Positions 30,731-43,876 of a stretch of DNA of 64,000 bases are shown here, piece by piece. Position 1 is the stretch's first letter; every line of letters starts with the position of its first letter. The stretch is from Amoebidium appalachense. Lineage: Eukaryota > Protista > Ichthyosporea. The DNA is taken from assembly GCA_963693365.1 (NCBI GenBank), contig CAVNZM010000009.1:9735743-9799742 (forward strand), read 5' to 3'. The translations under genes were made by a program, and so were the position numbers. The notes under the pieces were generated by a model. The model saw only the letters and a program-made list of their open reading frames with translations, made no database searches and was not told where the DNA came from.

Positions 30731-31681
30731 CGACAGCTTTTGGATGCCGCAACAAGATTGCTGATGGTGTGGTACGATAAGCATGCACCACAAAAGGAAG
30801 TACACTATCCCAGTCAGCGTGCTCCATATCCACATATTTTGCTAAACACGATTGAAACACTGCATGTGCACGTTCAGCAACGCCATTAGCTTGAGGGTGG
30901 TAAGCAGACGTATGCAACAATGACACACCCAACAGTTTACACACCTCACTCATTATTTCAGACAAAAATGAGCTACCCCTATCACTTAACACAGAACGGG
31001 GGGGGCCAAAACGAAGACAAACATGATGCAAAAACACACGTGCCAACGTCACTGCATCACTTGAACGAATAGGGACAGTTTCAGTCCAACGTGTAGCTAA
31101 ATCAGTGAGAGTAACAATATAATGATTACCCTGCACTGTTTCGGGGGAAAGGCCCCATCACCTCCATAGCTACCCGTTCAAAAGCCTTAATAAAAGTACC
31201 ATGATACTGGGGGACCCGACTTCGCATGTGTGTGGATTGATTGTGAAATGCACATGCATGACATCCCAACACCTTTCTCTCCACATCCTTACTCATGCCA
31301 GGCCAATAATAATTCACTTGCACACGTTGATATGTACGGGACACACCTAAATGACCCGCCCACGGAGCATCATGCATGTGTTCAAGCACCATATCAACCA
31401 AACGATGGGGAACCTACAAACGTTGACCTTGTGGCCCACTTAAATGATAAAGAACACCATCTTGCAACACACATTGGAGAGCACACCTTTTTGTACGATT
31501 TTCCCATGTCCGACGTTGGCCTTTGGTGGGTTTATCCACCGAAAAAACCATATCCCCTGGACGTTGCTCCACTTGACATATCACGTCGTGCAAAAACCTG
31601 TCACTGCGTTGTGACGACACCACCTGTTCCTGAAAAACAGGTGTAGAAAACTGGGAAGGAGAGGTGAACGAATTCGGGGTC
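30731..31681 (-). pseudogene. Gypsy integrase (HHCC plus rve core), with stop and frameshift, truncated by Ngaro copy 3
   Basis: HDAPWAGHLGVSRTY...CHAC, TDLATRWTE, VLSDRGSSF and TSAYHPQANGVAER. Stop at about 31414 and frameshift at about 31136. Confidence 0.93.
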
Positions 31682-32434
31682 TGTTGTTTTGTACGGGTCT
31701 AAGGGAGCAGAGTGCACAGAGGTGTCATGTAAAACACGACTAACACATTAATGAGAGGGCAATCGGAGTTGTTCACGAGACATTGAAAGATTCAAACAAC
31801 AACTGATTCTTTATTGTGCTCTCGGTTCCTTTTGTACTTGCGACTTATCACCTTATCACAACTAAAGAGGGAGAACCAATCGGTTCTATCAGAAGATAGA
31901 AAACCACATTCTGACAGAGCATACGCATTCCAACTTCCGATTAAACTAAAGTTTAGAAACTCTTACTTAAATAAATTAAGTAATTATACATCTAGTCACT
32001 ATTAACTCACATATATATTTATGTTCGTCTCTTATAAAGAAACTTATTTAAATACATATATTTCCTAATAGTCGACACTCTCAAAGTGAAGACACTTTGC
32101 AATAAACCGAATTCCATATATATCTATTGTCCAATCACAACACACATATATTAACAGACAGGAATGCACAACACAATCTACAGATGTACTCGCTCGCGAC
32201 TATTGGCGAGCCATCCTTTTGAGAACAAAACTAAGCCATTTTGAAATAAAGGAAAGACAACGAGTGAGGCTAGCCAATCACGCTACCTCTCAGATAAACA
32301 GAGGAGAGCAAACAGAAATAAAATACAATAAGTTCTTATCAGGCAAGAGAGCCAGGTGTGCACAGATCTACAGATATCTGTGCCCACAGAAAGAAGGGAG
32401 AGAGAGATACGGGGGGGGGGGGGGGGGGGGGGGG

Positions 32435-32500
<66 letters not shown>

Positions 32501-32592
32501 ACAAAGAAGGAAAGCAGACACGAATAAAAACAAGCTAAGACACATACATACTTCAAGGCTCTTGCTGTCATACATGGTGACGTATTCCAACA
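31682..32592 (-). mobile_element. Solo LTR (911 bp, TGTTG...CAACA) with 5-bp TSD
   Basis: Flanked by gggtc at 31677-31681 and 32593-32597. Removing it rejoins pol in frame (HSGTPNSFTSPSQFSTPVFQEQVV). Confidence 0.9.
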
Positions 32593-34528
32593 GGGTCCCA
32601 CTGTGTACCGGGGCCCCTACCTTCACCATACTATCCTTAAGAGAGGAGATGTCTACTTCAGCAGCCCACACATGCTGATTTGACACGTTGATTGAATCTA
32701 CTTCAACATTTACTCCATCAAAAGGGTGTGTTTGGGTGAATTTATCATACTCGATGTATGCATTTCTACTGAGTGCATCACAATCTTTCATACTTTCACC
32801 TTTTGCATAAAAAGCCTTGTAATCAAACGAAGCTAACTCTGCAGCCCACCGTTGCATGCGTTCGTTGGTTAGCTTAGTAAGACCTTTCATGGCTAAAGTA
32901 GGTTTGTGATCAGAATACACCTCAAACGTCCTACCTACCAAAATATGTCTCCACTCTTTGGTAATGAAATGATAGATAGCATGACTTTCCCGTTCTGGAT
33001 TACTGTAACGTCGTTCCGTGGGGGAAAATACTCGACTGCCATATGCAACTACTCTATCTACTTTATCCTGTTCTTGATACAGTATGCCACCCTCACTGAC
33101 TAAACTGGCATCTACCCGAACTCGGAAAATACCTTGTGTGGGGGAGAAATCGGGGTGAACGAGAACATTATCACTTACCAATACTTCTTTTAACCGTTCA
33201 AAAGCTTCTAAAGCTTCAGAATCCCACAACACGGGGGCTTTTCTGTCACCACCTGTCTGCTTAGTAAGAGGGTGACCAATTTCGGCATACCTCCGTATAA
33301 AACGACGGAGGTAATTGGTTAGTCCTAGAAACTGCCTGAGCTGAGTGACCGTTTTAGGGTGAGGCCATTCTGTAATAGCCTTGATTTTACTAGGATCAGG
33401 AATAACACCATCCTTCGTGATCCTATGACCCACTGGCAGGAATTTAACATCTTGCACCCCCACTATGGTCTTTTTACCACTCACTTTCACACCAGCAGCT
33501 TCCAACACAGAGAACACTTTTTCACAATTAGAACTTACTAATTCTTCAAACGTTCTCCCTTTGACACATGCGTCATCCATATAACACGCCGTATATGATA
33601 AACACGGGCGCAAGATATCGCGCATAATACGACACAAATTTGCAGGTGCATGCACAAGACCTTGGGGCATCACAGTAAACTGCCACAACTCACCATCGAA
33701 TGCAAAAGCAGTCTTCTCCTTATCCTCTTCCCTAAGCCGACACTGAAAAAATGCATTTTTCAAATCGAGGACACAGAACCACTTATAGCCATGAAAACTA
33801 TCAAGTAATTCATCAATACGGGGAAGGGGAAAGAGATCCTTTTTAGTGACAGAGTTAAGGCCGCGTAGGTCTGTGCACATCCTGTAGGACCCGTTTGGTT
33901 TTTTAATTAAAAGTACCGGTGACCGCCACTGACTTTTACTAGGCTCTAAAATCTGCATTTCTCGAAATTCACTAATCATTTGCCTACCTGACTCTAATTT
34001 CGATTGCTCCATTCGATACTGAGGCATCACCACAGGACTGGCATCACCTGTATCAATTGCCACTGTATATCCCTTCACAAAACCGTGATCTTTTGGATGC
34101 CTAAGAAATACATTTTTGACTCGATTTAACATGGGAAGAATTAATGCACGTTGCTGATCCGTCCAACCTGGATCTACCATACCCCAGGGGAGACTCACTT
34201 CACCGGAATCACCCTCCCTGTTACAGTTACTACTTGCACCTTCACCTGCACACACTCCGTCTGCTTTACCAATATCATCACTAGAAGGGCCCTTTTCTGT
34301 GGATGAGGGATTGACACCTACTGCATCGGACTGAGGACCAGACACCGTGGTAACCGCAGACACTGAAACACCATCAACCGTAGGCGAGCGACTTCCTGTT
34401 GGTGTTGATGTCTCGGGCTGGCCACATGCTTCCGGATTACTAGGTTTATCTGAAGGTAGCTCGGGGGTGGGGATAACTATTTCTGCAACAACTGTATCGA
34501 AAGGCAGCTGCCCTTCGATATATCCCAA
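32593..34528 (-). CDS. Gypsy reverse transcriptase-RNase H
   Basis: YRMCTDLRGLN, FPLPRIDELL, LDLKNAFFQ, MPQGL, YMDD, RQFLGLTNY, VDAS, YSDHKP and DALSR. Confidence 0.95.
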
Positions 34529-36283
34529 TCTATGAAAACTACTCCGGGACGTGTGTTGCCTCTAGGGGGACATCCCCTTGGACGAAAGTGAACCTGCAAT
34601 GGTTGTAAACCACGGCAAGCCCCCAGTCATCAATTTATTGATCCGTGAGGTCCATGTGCCCAAAAAACGGGGGAAGTCTTCGCCCCGTGAAAAAACAGCA
34701 CGTATGTGTGGATCAATGGGGGTTGTGTGTGGGTGTAGGTGGGTGGGTGAAAAGGAATATATAGCTGTAAGGCTGTGGATGCTAAACACAGAAGATGTGT
34801 TTGTAGCTTGCTGATCTGCTAAAAACTGTCGTGCTTATATACCTAAGCCTACCGATCTGAGCCAATCAAAAATCGATCTAGTGATATGTGAAATCTGATC
34901 CGAGCCAATCATAACTCGGTCTAGTGATCTGTGGTATCTGATGTTTTGACTGGCTAATAGGTGCCCGTGTGCGGGCAGCCAACCGCTAACTGCTAAAACA
35001 TGAAACGAAGCCTGTTGATATCGGACACCCATCCTACGTGTTTACCCAGAAAAATATTTATGTCAATAATTTCCACAAATAAAACCTCTATGAAAACTAC
35101 TCCGGGACGTGTGTTGCCTCTAGGGGGACATCCCCTTGGACGAAAGTGAACCTGCAATGGTTGTAAACCACGGCACGAGAGCAGTATGCTTGCTCCAAAG
35201 GTTTCACTTAAGAATAGAGGCGAATACACGTGTGGTGGTGGCAGCAATGGAGGCCGGACGAAGTCGGGTAAAGATCAGGAAGCAGTCGGAGGACCACCGG
35301 CCGAGTTGTTTGATCCGGGAGTCGTCGACCCCGGCCTCAGCCAGTGCTGTGGCCCCCCCGATGCGGAGGCTGTGTCCGGCAAACCGGGAGGGTGAGAGGC
35401 CTGCCCGGGAGAGGAGGGCACGGAAATCGGCAGAGAAAGCACTCTTGGTGTAGGGGATGCCACCGAGACTGAAGAGGGGGTCGTCGGGTTGACCGGACGT
35501 TGTATCCAGGAACTGCCGGAGGAGATGGGCTGGGGAGAAGTGGGTGAGGGGCAGGGCAGCTAGGGTGACGTTGACACCTCGGGCCTGTACATCCGTCTTA
35601 GAGGTTGACAGGTGGAGGGTGGCATGGGACAAAGTACCGGTGGGGGTGTAGCTGAAGGTCACGTCCTTCCGTTTAACGTGACGGGACGGGTCGAAAGAAG
35701 TCAGGGTCTTGGAGGTAAATTCCCCTGAACGGAGGAGACCACAGAAACCAACGATGAGGGCCGTCCAGCCGGGAGGGAGGACCCGGAGGAGGATTGCAGC
35801 CGAGATGCCACACAGAAATCGATGAACACTTTTTGCACCCGGGAGTAAAAGGCCCGAGAGTCGAGGTTGAGACTCAGGGCCTGGCATTCCTGCAGGGTAG
35901 TGGTGGCTCGAAGCAGCTCGGCCGGAGCAAAGTGGGGGGCCAATCTGCCAGTGTTGCTCCGGAACGGGAGATCTGGGGGGGGGGGGGGGGGGGGTTAGCC
36001 CAAGGGAAGGGATAGGAACTCGTGGACCCAGGAGGGGAAGGGGCAGGGCTCCGGTTGCAGGGAAGGTCGGAGTCGTCGGGCCCGGGGAAGTTGGTTACGA
36101 GAAATGGCATCGGCCAGATGGTTGAGGGGTCCGGGTAGGTAGGATGCCTGTAACGTAAATTGGTATTGCATTTCCATGCGGGTGATGAACCGAATAAGTT
36201 TGGCCATCACGGGGTGGGGGGAAGACCGGGAGTGCAGGTCAGACACAGCACCCGTGTTGTCGCATAAAATACGGACATGGTGG

Positions 36284-37049
36284 TGTTGGACATTGTGTTC
36301 ATAGAAGCTAGTTCTAGTGCACGTTGTTCCTTCTGTAAGTCAGAAATGATTGCATCTTGTGAGGCCAACCTCTGCTCCAGTAGTTGGACTAGTTGCTGCA
36401 ACTGTAAGTTGTCAGACATAGTGTCGTGTATGATGGGTAACTAGTCTATGTGTTTTGTGCACTGGAAACGACAGTAGAAAAGTGTAAATCAAACGTTCTG
36501 CTTCCCATGTTTGTGACATGGGAGGCACTGCTTTATATAGTCGTTGGCCACCTCATGGTGGCCTCGTGTGCACCCTGGTGGTGGGCCATGTACAGCATGG
36601 CCGAAAAGAGAGCACAATGAAAACAAGTCGTTAAAGATATAAAAGTTAACTGTGCACGTTGAGTGGCTAGTTAACTTGCACTAAAGCACACAAATAAACG
36701 TGTTTAACACACCAATTGCAGTTAAACGTAAATCTTGCTTCACACAACTAAAAATATTCTGAGAATATCCGGGAATAAAGCACACTACCACTCTAAGAAT
36801 AGAATCCTGTGGCAAATATAGACATGACATCATCTGAACCGGGAATAGCCGAAAAGAGAGCACAATTAGCACGTTGCTAGTGAAGCTCGTCATTGGTACA
36901 GTTTTGGCTCAAACATATAACTACCATATATGAATATGACCGTAAACAAAAGCTCTATGCACTCGAGTGAGTGTTGAAACAGTTATTCAATTGCTCAGAA
37001 ACTTTCTCTAACAGACATTGCTAGCCGGGAGTACCAGTGTACTCCAACA
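36284..37049 (-). repeat. Copia 3' LTR (766 bp)
   Basis: Perfect 7-bp inverted ends TGTTGGA...TCCAACA, preceded by a polypurine tract. Internal TATA ctatataaag at 36540-36531. Confidence 0.85.
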
Positions 37050-37235
37050 CCCCTACTCAATTGGATAATTGTGGTATGAATTAATGCAACTGAGCTCGAG
37101 TGCTTCAGGTGCACAAAATACAGACAATAAAGATTCCCCTACTCAATTTTAGTATGGTACACGTAGTTGCACAGTCGGATGCAACTCTCTCCCCCCCCCT
37201 GAAGTATGAGGGCGCAGTTGGTTGATGACGGGTGC

Positions 37236-39430
37236 TCAGCACATGTTGAGCATCCCCACGGCCTTGGTGAAGAAAGAGGCAGACAGGGCCTTGGTGAACA
37301 TGTCGGCCTTGTTGTCAGCAGAAGCCACCGGGACCACAGTGATGTTGCCCAGCAGGTGATGTTCCTTGACGGAGCAGTAGCGGACGTCGATGTGCTTGGT
37401 CTTGGGCTTAACCCCCAGGGTGTCCAGCAGGGCCCGGGCAGACTCATTGTCCCCATGGATGGGCACCGGGGTGGGCTCATTGATAGGATTAAGGCCCAGG
37501 TCGTCCATCACATAGTTGAGCCATAGGGCCTCGTTCGTAGCAGCAGACATGGCCACAAATTCAGCCTCAGTGGAGCTGTGGGTGGTGATGGACTGGAGCC
37601 GAGACACCCAGGACACAGGGGAGGAGTTGATGAAGAAGACATAGCCCGTGGTGGAGCGCCGGGTGTCGCGGTCCTCGGCGTAGTCGGAGTCGGAGTAGCC
37701 AACAAGGTTGGGGGGGCCGGGACGGTAGACAATACCCAGGTCGATGGTGGCCAGCAGGTAGCTTACAACTCTGGTAGCCATAGTCCAGTGGGTGACGGTG
37801 GGCGCATGAATGTGTCGAGTAAGGACTCCCAGAGCCTGGGAAATGTCGGGGCGGGTGGTACGCGCAATCCACAGCAGGGCACCGACCAGGCTGGCATAGT
37901 CCTCCTTCTTGCTGTAGGCTGGGGTCTTGTTGCTTTCACTGGCCTGGCCCGGGACGATGGGGGTCTTGGTGCCGGACATGTGGGTGAGACGAAAACGGGC
38001 AGCCAAGTCGATGATGTGTTGACGATGGCCCAGACGCAGAGACCCGTCCTCCAGCCAGGTAAGAGTGTGCCCGATGAGCAGGGTAGGACGACCCAGGTCC
38101 TTGGCAGAGAAACGAGCATCCAGCTTGGTGAAAAAATCGTCGATGAGCGCATCAGTGGCGGCCGTCACGGTGAAGTCATCCACGTAGGCAGCAAGGGCAA
38201 TAAACGTTGGGGTCCCGGCATTCTTGATGAACAGGCACGGGTCAGCAGCACTCACAATGAAGCCTTGGTCGAGGAGATGGTCACGGAGGGCCTCATACCA
38301 CTGGCGCGGTGCCTGTTTTAGGCCGTAGAGCGCCTTGTGGAGCAAGCCGACAGCATGGGGGGCCGAGGGGTTGACGAAGCCAGGGGGCTGCTCAATGTAG
38401 ATGGTCTCGTTGACGGTGCCGTTGAGGAATGCTGTGTTGACGTCGATGTGGCGCAGAGGCAGACCTTGGGCCACGGAGGTAGCCAAAAACAGCCGGATGG
38501 TAGCCAGCGCAGCCACAGGTGACTCGGTGACGAAATAGTCCTGGCCAGGCTGCTGGTAGTTGCCCCGGGCCACAAGCCGGGCCTTGAAAGCAGTGACGTT
38601 GCCGACGTTGTCCTGCTTGACCGTAAAGACCCAGCCGACCGGAATGACAGTGGAGCCATCCTCTGGACGGGGCACAAGGGTGAAGGTGCCGTTGTCTTCC
38701 AGGGCCTTGAGCTCACGGTGTGCAGCCTCCTCCCATTTCAGACGCTGGGGACTCTTGAGTGCAGCCCGGACAGTCTTGGGGACAACAATGGTGGAAGCCT
38801 TGATGGGTGTTGATGCAGGAGCCGTAGCCTGGGGGGCAAGGGGGGCCGTAGCAGCAGCCACGTTGGCAGTCGGGCCTCGACGTTGGTCGTTGTACACAGC
38901 GCCACTACGGGTCGTCCGGGGGAGCCGATGTGCAGGCTCGGGCAGGATCGGAATGTCCAATTGATCACTCGGCGCTGTCCCATTGGCTGACAGACGAGAC
39001 AAATCAGATTGCTGATCATTCCGGACGATGTGATTGGCTGGCTGATTTGACGAATCAGATGACTCCAAAAAATGATGAATTGCCGGTGCGGTCGACCAAT
39101 CAGATGGGACATCACGGAGGGGGTGCAGAATAGCAGCCTCGTCGAACTGCACGTCACGGCTGACGGTCATCTTGTGTGCTGCTGGAATCCAGACCTTGTA
39201 GCCCTTGATGTTAGGAGGGTAGCCCACGAAGATGCCCTTGACGGCACGAGGCGCCAGTTTCGGTGTATCCTGTTGATGGACGTAGCAGGGAGAGCCCCAG
39301 ACACGGAGCCGGCTGTAGTCGGGAGGAATGCCGGTCCACAGCAGGGCGGGAGACGATTGGCTGCCGGTGGCTCGCGACGGGAGCATGTTGCGTATAAAAG
39401 CCGCGGTCACAGCTGCCTCGGCCCAGAAGT
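37236..39430 (-). CDS. Copia pol fragment (integrase C-terminus, RT, RNase H), uninterrupted
   Basis: FWAEAAVTA, LRVWGSPCY, KGIFVGY, KARLVARG, DVNTAFLNG, KALYGLKQAPRQW, YVDD, YSDSDYA, STEAEF and KHIDVRY. Confidence 0.96.
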
Positions 39431-40827
39431 GGGTGGACCAGGAGGGGGCCCAGAGGGCCACGGCGGCTGCGATGGCCAGGAGTTCGATGACGGAAGAACC
39501 GAGTTTACCCTCATGAGCATAGAGGGCTTGGGTGGAGGGGGACCAGGGCATGAAGAACCATTGGTCGAGCCAGTGGCCACCTAGACCCACCGATCCGGCA
39601 GCATCAGTGGCCAGGGTGGTGTATGTGGGGGGTGTGATGAGGTGCACCCCATTCCATGATGTGAGGAACTGGTGCCATTCGGCTATGTCGGCCCGGGCGG
39701 CAGCAGTCAGTCGTATGTGGTGGTGGCCGGCAAGGTGTGGGTGGGTCCGGAGAAGGGCCCATAGGCGCTGGGAGAAGGCCCTCCCGGGGGGGAACCAGCT
39801 GGGCACACCAGGTGAGTTTGCCGAGGAGGGACTGGAGGTCCCGAATGGTGATGGTGGGCTTTGGGTGGGAAGTGAGGTCGAGTAGGTCCGAGAGCTTGGA
39901 AGCCGGGATTCGTGCCTCCATGGCGATGGAGTCGAATTCGATACCGATGAAGACGACACGGGTAGCCGGGCCCTGCATCTTGTCTTCGGAGATGGCAATG
40001 TGCAGCTCTCGGCAGAGTTGCAGGAAGGTGGATAGGTGACGTTGGCACTGCTCTTGTGTGGGGGCGACTATAATCCAGTCGTCTACGTAGTGGCGGATGA
40101 GGGTAATACCGTGCTGGTGTGCCAGCCACTGTAGGGTGGCCGCGATCCGTTCCCAGATGGCTGGGCTAGATTTCAGGCCGAAGGGCAGTCTGGTTTCAAC
40201 GTAAAAATGCCCTTGCCATTTGAATGCCATTAAGTGGTGGTCTTCCGGTCGGATGGGCATGTGCCGGAAGGCAGCCTGCACATCTGCCACGGCCATGTAG
40301 CAGCCGGGGCCTGCGTCGAGAATGAGTTGGGTGACATCCCGGGCGCGAATGTACTGAAGTTCGTCGGGGTAGGTGATGCTGTCATTGACACTGCTACCCC
40401 GGGGCCAGGAGAGGTGGTGGATTCGACGGTACTTGGGGGGGTTCCCTTTCTTGGTAACGGCGCCGATGGGGGAGGAACGGTGGACGGGAAATTCGTCAAA
40501 GAATTGGGCCGGGGAGAGGGGGCCGCGCAGGTGGCCGAGGGCGACTTCTTTGGCAATATCCACCGTGATAGCGGCAGCTGCCTCCGGGGTGGTGGGTAGG
40601 TTGGGGCCCACCCGAGAGGTGGAGGGGCCGCGATAGCCGATGTCGACGCCGAATTCGACATCGTGGAGGAGTTGTGCGGCGAATGGTTGGTCCGGGTAGG
40701 AGGCCAGCAGTTCCCGGAGGCGGGAGGTGTCAATGTGGTGCTGGGGCAGCGGGCGGGCCTCCGGGTCTGAGCCTCGGGGAAGGGGGTGGTTAGCAAGGGT
40801 GGTGTACCCTTGGGGAGATCCCGGCAG

Positions 40828-40875
<48 letters not shown>

Positions 40876-42819
40876 CAGGGCCCCGGGGGGTTAGAGTAGG
40901 GCAGCTGGGCCCAAGTGAGGGTTGGCAGGGAGGGCAGCGGGGCCCTGTGCAGGGGAATGTGCCCGAGCACGCGGGGGTGTGGGTGGACACAGCGGTAGAA
41001 GAAGGGGGGGGGGAGGGAGTGCTAGGTGAGTGTAAGGGGGGGGGGAGGCTCGTGGGATGGGGGGGGGGAGTAAAATTATGTGCAGTGGCCAGAATAAACG
41101 TCTTTGTGTAGGGACATTTATTCTTGACGCGCGCGGGCGCCGTAGTTGGCCTGCGAAATTTTGTACTCAGCCCTATTGGCCCGTTCTCCCGAGCTCCGTT
41201 TCCCTGTACTCGTGTGTCCTAGCTCCTAACCCCTATGTTCTAGCTGTGTGTGTGGGTGTGCGCGTAGACTAGGCATTGTGCTTGCAGTCTTTGCGGGGGT
41301 GTGTGCCAGAGCAGAGCGGGCACACGTGGGAGAAGGGGCAGGGCTGCTGAGCGCAGGACCGACCGTTAATGTGGAAATTCCTGCAGTGTGTCGCGGGTAG
41401 ATCCACGGGTCGGGCCGGTCTTGCCGGGCCGGGTTGCGGGCCAGGGCGGTTAGGGGTGTGACCCCCGCCGGGCTTGTGGGGCGGCTTAAAGCCGTCAAGA
41501 CCACGGCCAGGCTTGGGGTACATGGGGCAGGCCGCGCTGGGGTGGTCGGGGAAGCCACAGCGCTGACATGCGTCCGGGATGAGCAGAGTGGGTGGCAGGA
41601 GGAGATCCTGGTGGAGTTGGGCGAGCAGGTTGGGGCACTCGATCGGAGCCCGACCCTGCTGGTGGGCAACGGTGCGGGCGTATACGTCATAGTTGTGGAT
41701 CTGGGCCCACGGGTATCGGGTGCTGAGGCGAGTGATGTGCTGAGTCCAAAGTACGTCTTTGTCCGTGGGAAGGCCGAGGTGGTGCTTGGCGGCCATGTAA
41801 TGGGTCCAAGCTTGGATCCAAATGACGAGTGAACGCAGGGGAACGGGTTTGTCTTGGCGAAAAGTCTCGATGCTGCCGTCGTCGGCCATGCGCAGATGCT
41901 GACCTTTCTTGGATGGGGCCAGGAGGGCGGCGGGGGTGAACTTATACAGATCGACGAAACGATTGGCGCGCAAATCTGCCAGCACATCCGCGGGGGGAAG
42001 CGGGAGTGTGCCCGGCTGAATGTCGCCAGTGTTCTCACCTGTGATGGGGGGCGCGGGCAGGGCAGGTAGGTCTAGGTCAGGGCCGAGATGCAGCCCCGGG
42101 GAAACCTCCCCGGGTGTGGAGGGCGCGGCGGGGGGCGCGGGAGGGTCGCGGTTGGTGAGAGCAGCCAGGACGCCAGCCATCTGGGTGCTGGGATGGCGGT
42201 GAGGGCGGCCAGGACGGCGTCTTGAGAAGTCATCTGCGGGGACGGCGGGGCCTGAGGGGGGACTTCAGGAGTGGAGGGGAGAGTAGCCGGCGGGTCCGGG
42301 TCCGTGGTGGTATGGGCCGCTGGAGGCGCGTCAGTGTCCGCGGGAGCGTTGGTCAGCCTGTGGCGGAGGTCGCTGCGGGTCAGGCGCTTAGGTGCCGCGG
42401 CAGGGGCGGCGGCTGAGGCCTGGCGCTTTTTCGGCGGCATGCTGACCGGCGTAGGGAAAGATAGGGAGAATGAAAAGGAATATATAGCTGTAAGGCTGTG
42501 GATGCTAAACATAGAAGATGTGTTTGTAGCTTGCTGATCTGCTAAAAACTGTCGTGCTTATATACCTAAGCCTACCGATCTGAGCCAATCAAAAATCGAT
42601 CTAGTGATATGTGAAATCTGATCCGAGCCAATCATAACTCGGTCTAGTGATCTGTGGTATCTGATGTTTTGACTGGCTAATAGGTGCCCGTGTGCGGGCA
42701 GCCAACCGCTAACTGCTAAAACACGAAATGAAGCCTACATGGTTATGTTGGTATCGAACACCCATCCTACGTGTTTACCCAGAAAAATATTTATGTCAAT
42801 AATTTCCACAAATAAAACC

Positions 42820-43530
42820 TCGCGTGCCAGCAGGTATTACTAATTCTGAATCAAGATTTCGATTTTCTACTTCGATCATGATTGTTTTATCAGCCGCCAC
42901 TTTACTATATGAAGGACTCACAAATGGAAGTAACCTAGCTGCCGGAACAAAGACACCTATATCTGCCACGACAGCAAATTGGTCTAAGTTGACACGGACG
43001 AATGCACGACTGTGGGGAGGTACACAAATTTCGCTGACAGTGTGTGCAGTACTTTGATACCCCTCCGTACCCGTGTGCAAACGTACACTACCACCCTTCT
43101 TCAAATGCAACTTATTAGATTCTTCATCTAACAATTTAACATGTGCCTTTGAAAATGGACGGCCTAAAATCATACTCTGACCCATGTTTGCACAAACAGC
43201 AAACGTGACAAATAATGTGTGGGAACCAATGGTACATGGGAGAGTGACCCGGCCCACCACATTCAACGATGCATCAGGATTGGCAGTCTTCACACCACTC
43301 ACTAAGTTATTTGAAAACATTGTAACACGTGCACCCATCTTCATTAAATTACAAATAACTTTTTCATGCACACAATTAATGTTTGCACCACCATCTAAAA
43401 GAATTTGAACATCACCCAATACCACAGGAACATATAACCGTGCTTCTGGCTGAATTAAAGATGCAAACACTTCCTGTAACACAGAAATTTCCACTTCACT
43501 ACTTTCCACACTAGTCTCTATCACCGACAC
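42820..43530 (-). CDS. Gypsy aspartic protease and downstream beta-rich domain
   Basis: ILLDGGANINCV active-site motif and ILGRPF. It joins ...IPAGTR|LGYIEG at 34528 once Ngaro copy 4 is removed. Confidence 0.88.
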
Positions 43531-43876
43531 AGAAATATTTGAAGGGGGGGAGGGGGGGAGGGGGGGGTGGGAGGGGGCGGGGGAAGGGGAAAAGGGGGGG
43601 GACGGGAGGAAGGGGGGGGTGGGGGGTGTGGGGAAAGGGGGGAAAGGGGGGAACGGGGGGAAGACTTAGCTTCATGCTGATTCTCAACGAGAGAGGGGGT
43701 AAATTGCACCACAGCAGTTTTAACTGACTGTTTTACGGCACCAGGCCGTGAGTGATTTATTGTCTTATTTACTTTACAACAGTATCTGTATAACAAGACA
43801 CGTTGATTTCAGACATTTCACTATCACTGCACATAGCCTCAACTGCAATATACTCTACCCCACTCTCAGCGCCCCG

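Larger units (their letters stand above)
36284..39430 (-). mobile_element. Ty1/Copia retrotransposon, 5'-deleted, with intact 3' LTR
   Basis: Order IN(C-terminal)-RT-RH, then polypurine tract gagtagggg and LTR 37049-36284. Confidence 0.93.
34529..42819 (-). mobile_element. Ngaro copy 4, inserted in Gypsy pol without TSD and interrupted by Copia
   Basis: A1 42819-about 42470; gag 42440-41269 (frameshift about 42190); RT about 40770-39431; RNase H tail 36280-35995; YR about 35970-35204 with internal deletion at about 35770; B1-A2-B2 at about 35175-34529. Confidence 0.95.

Noticed and set aside
31682-32592. Spliceosomal intron in Gypsy pol (GAA|gtatgt near 32550)
   Set aside because: The segment has LTR termini and a 5-bp TSD, so it is a solo LTR.
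34562-34814. Short ORFs recurring in several places (MFSIHSLTAI..., MDESEPAMVV...)
   Set aside because: They recur only because they lie in the Ngaro terminal repeats; there is no coding evidence.
36281-39430. Circularly permuted Copia (RT-LTR-gag start)
   Set aside because: The apparent gag start lies inside the LTR bounded by TGTTGGA...TCCAACA, so a normal insertion with 5' deletion explains it.
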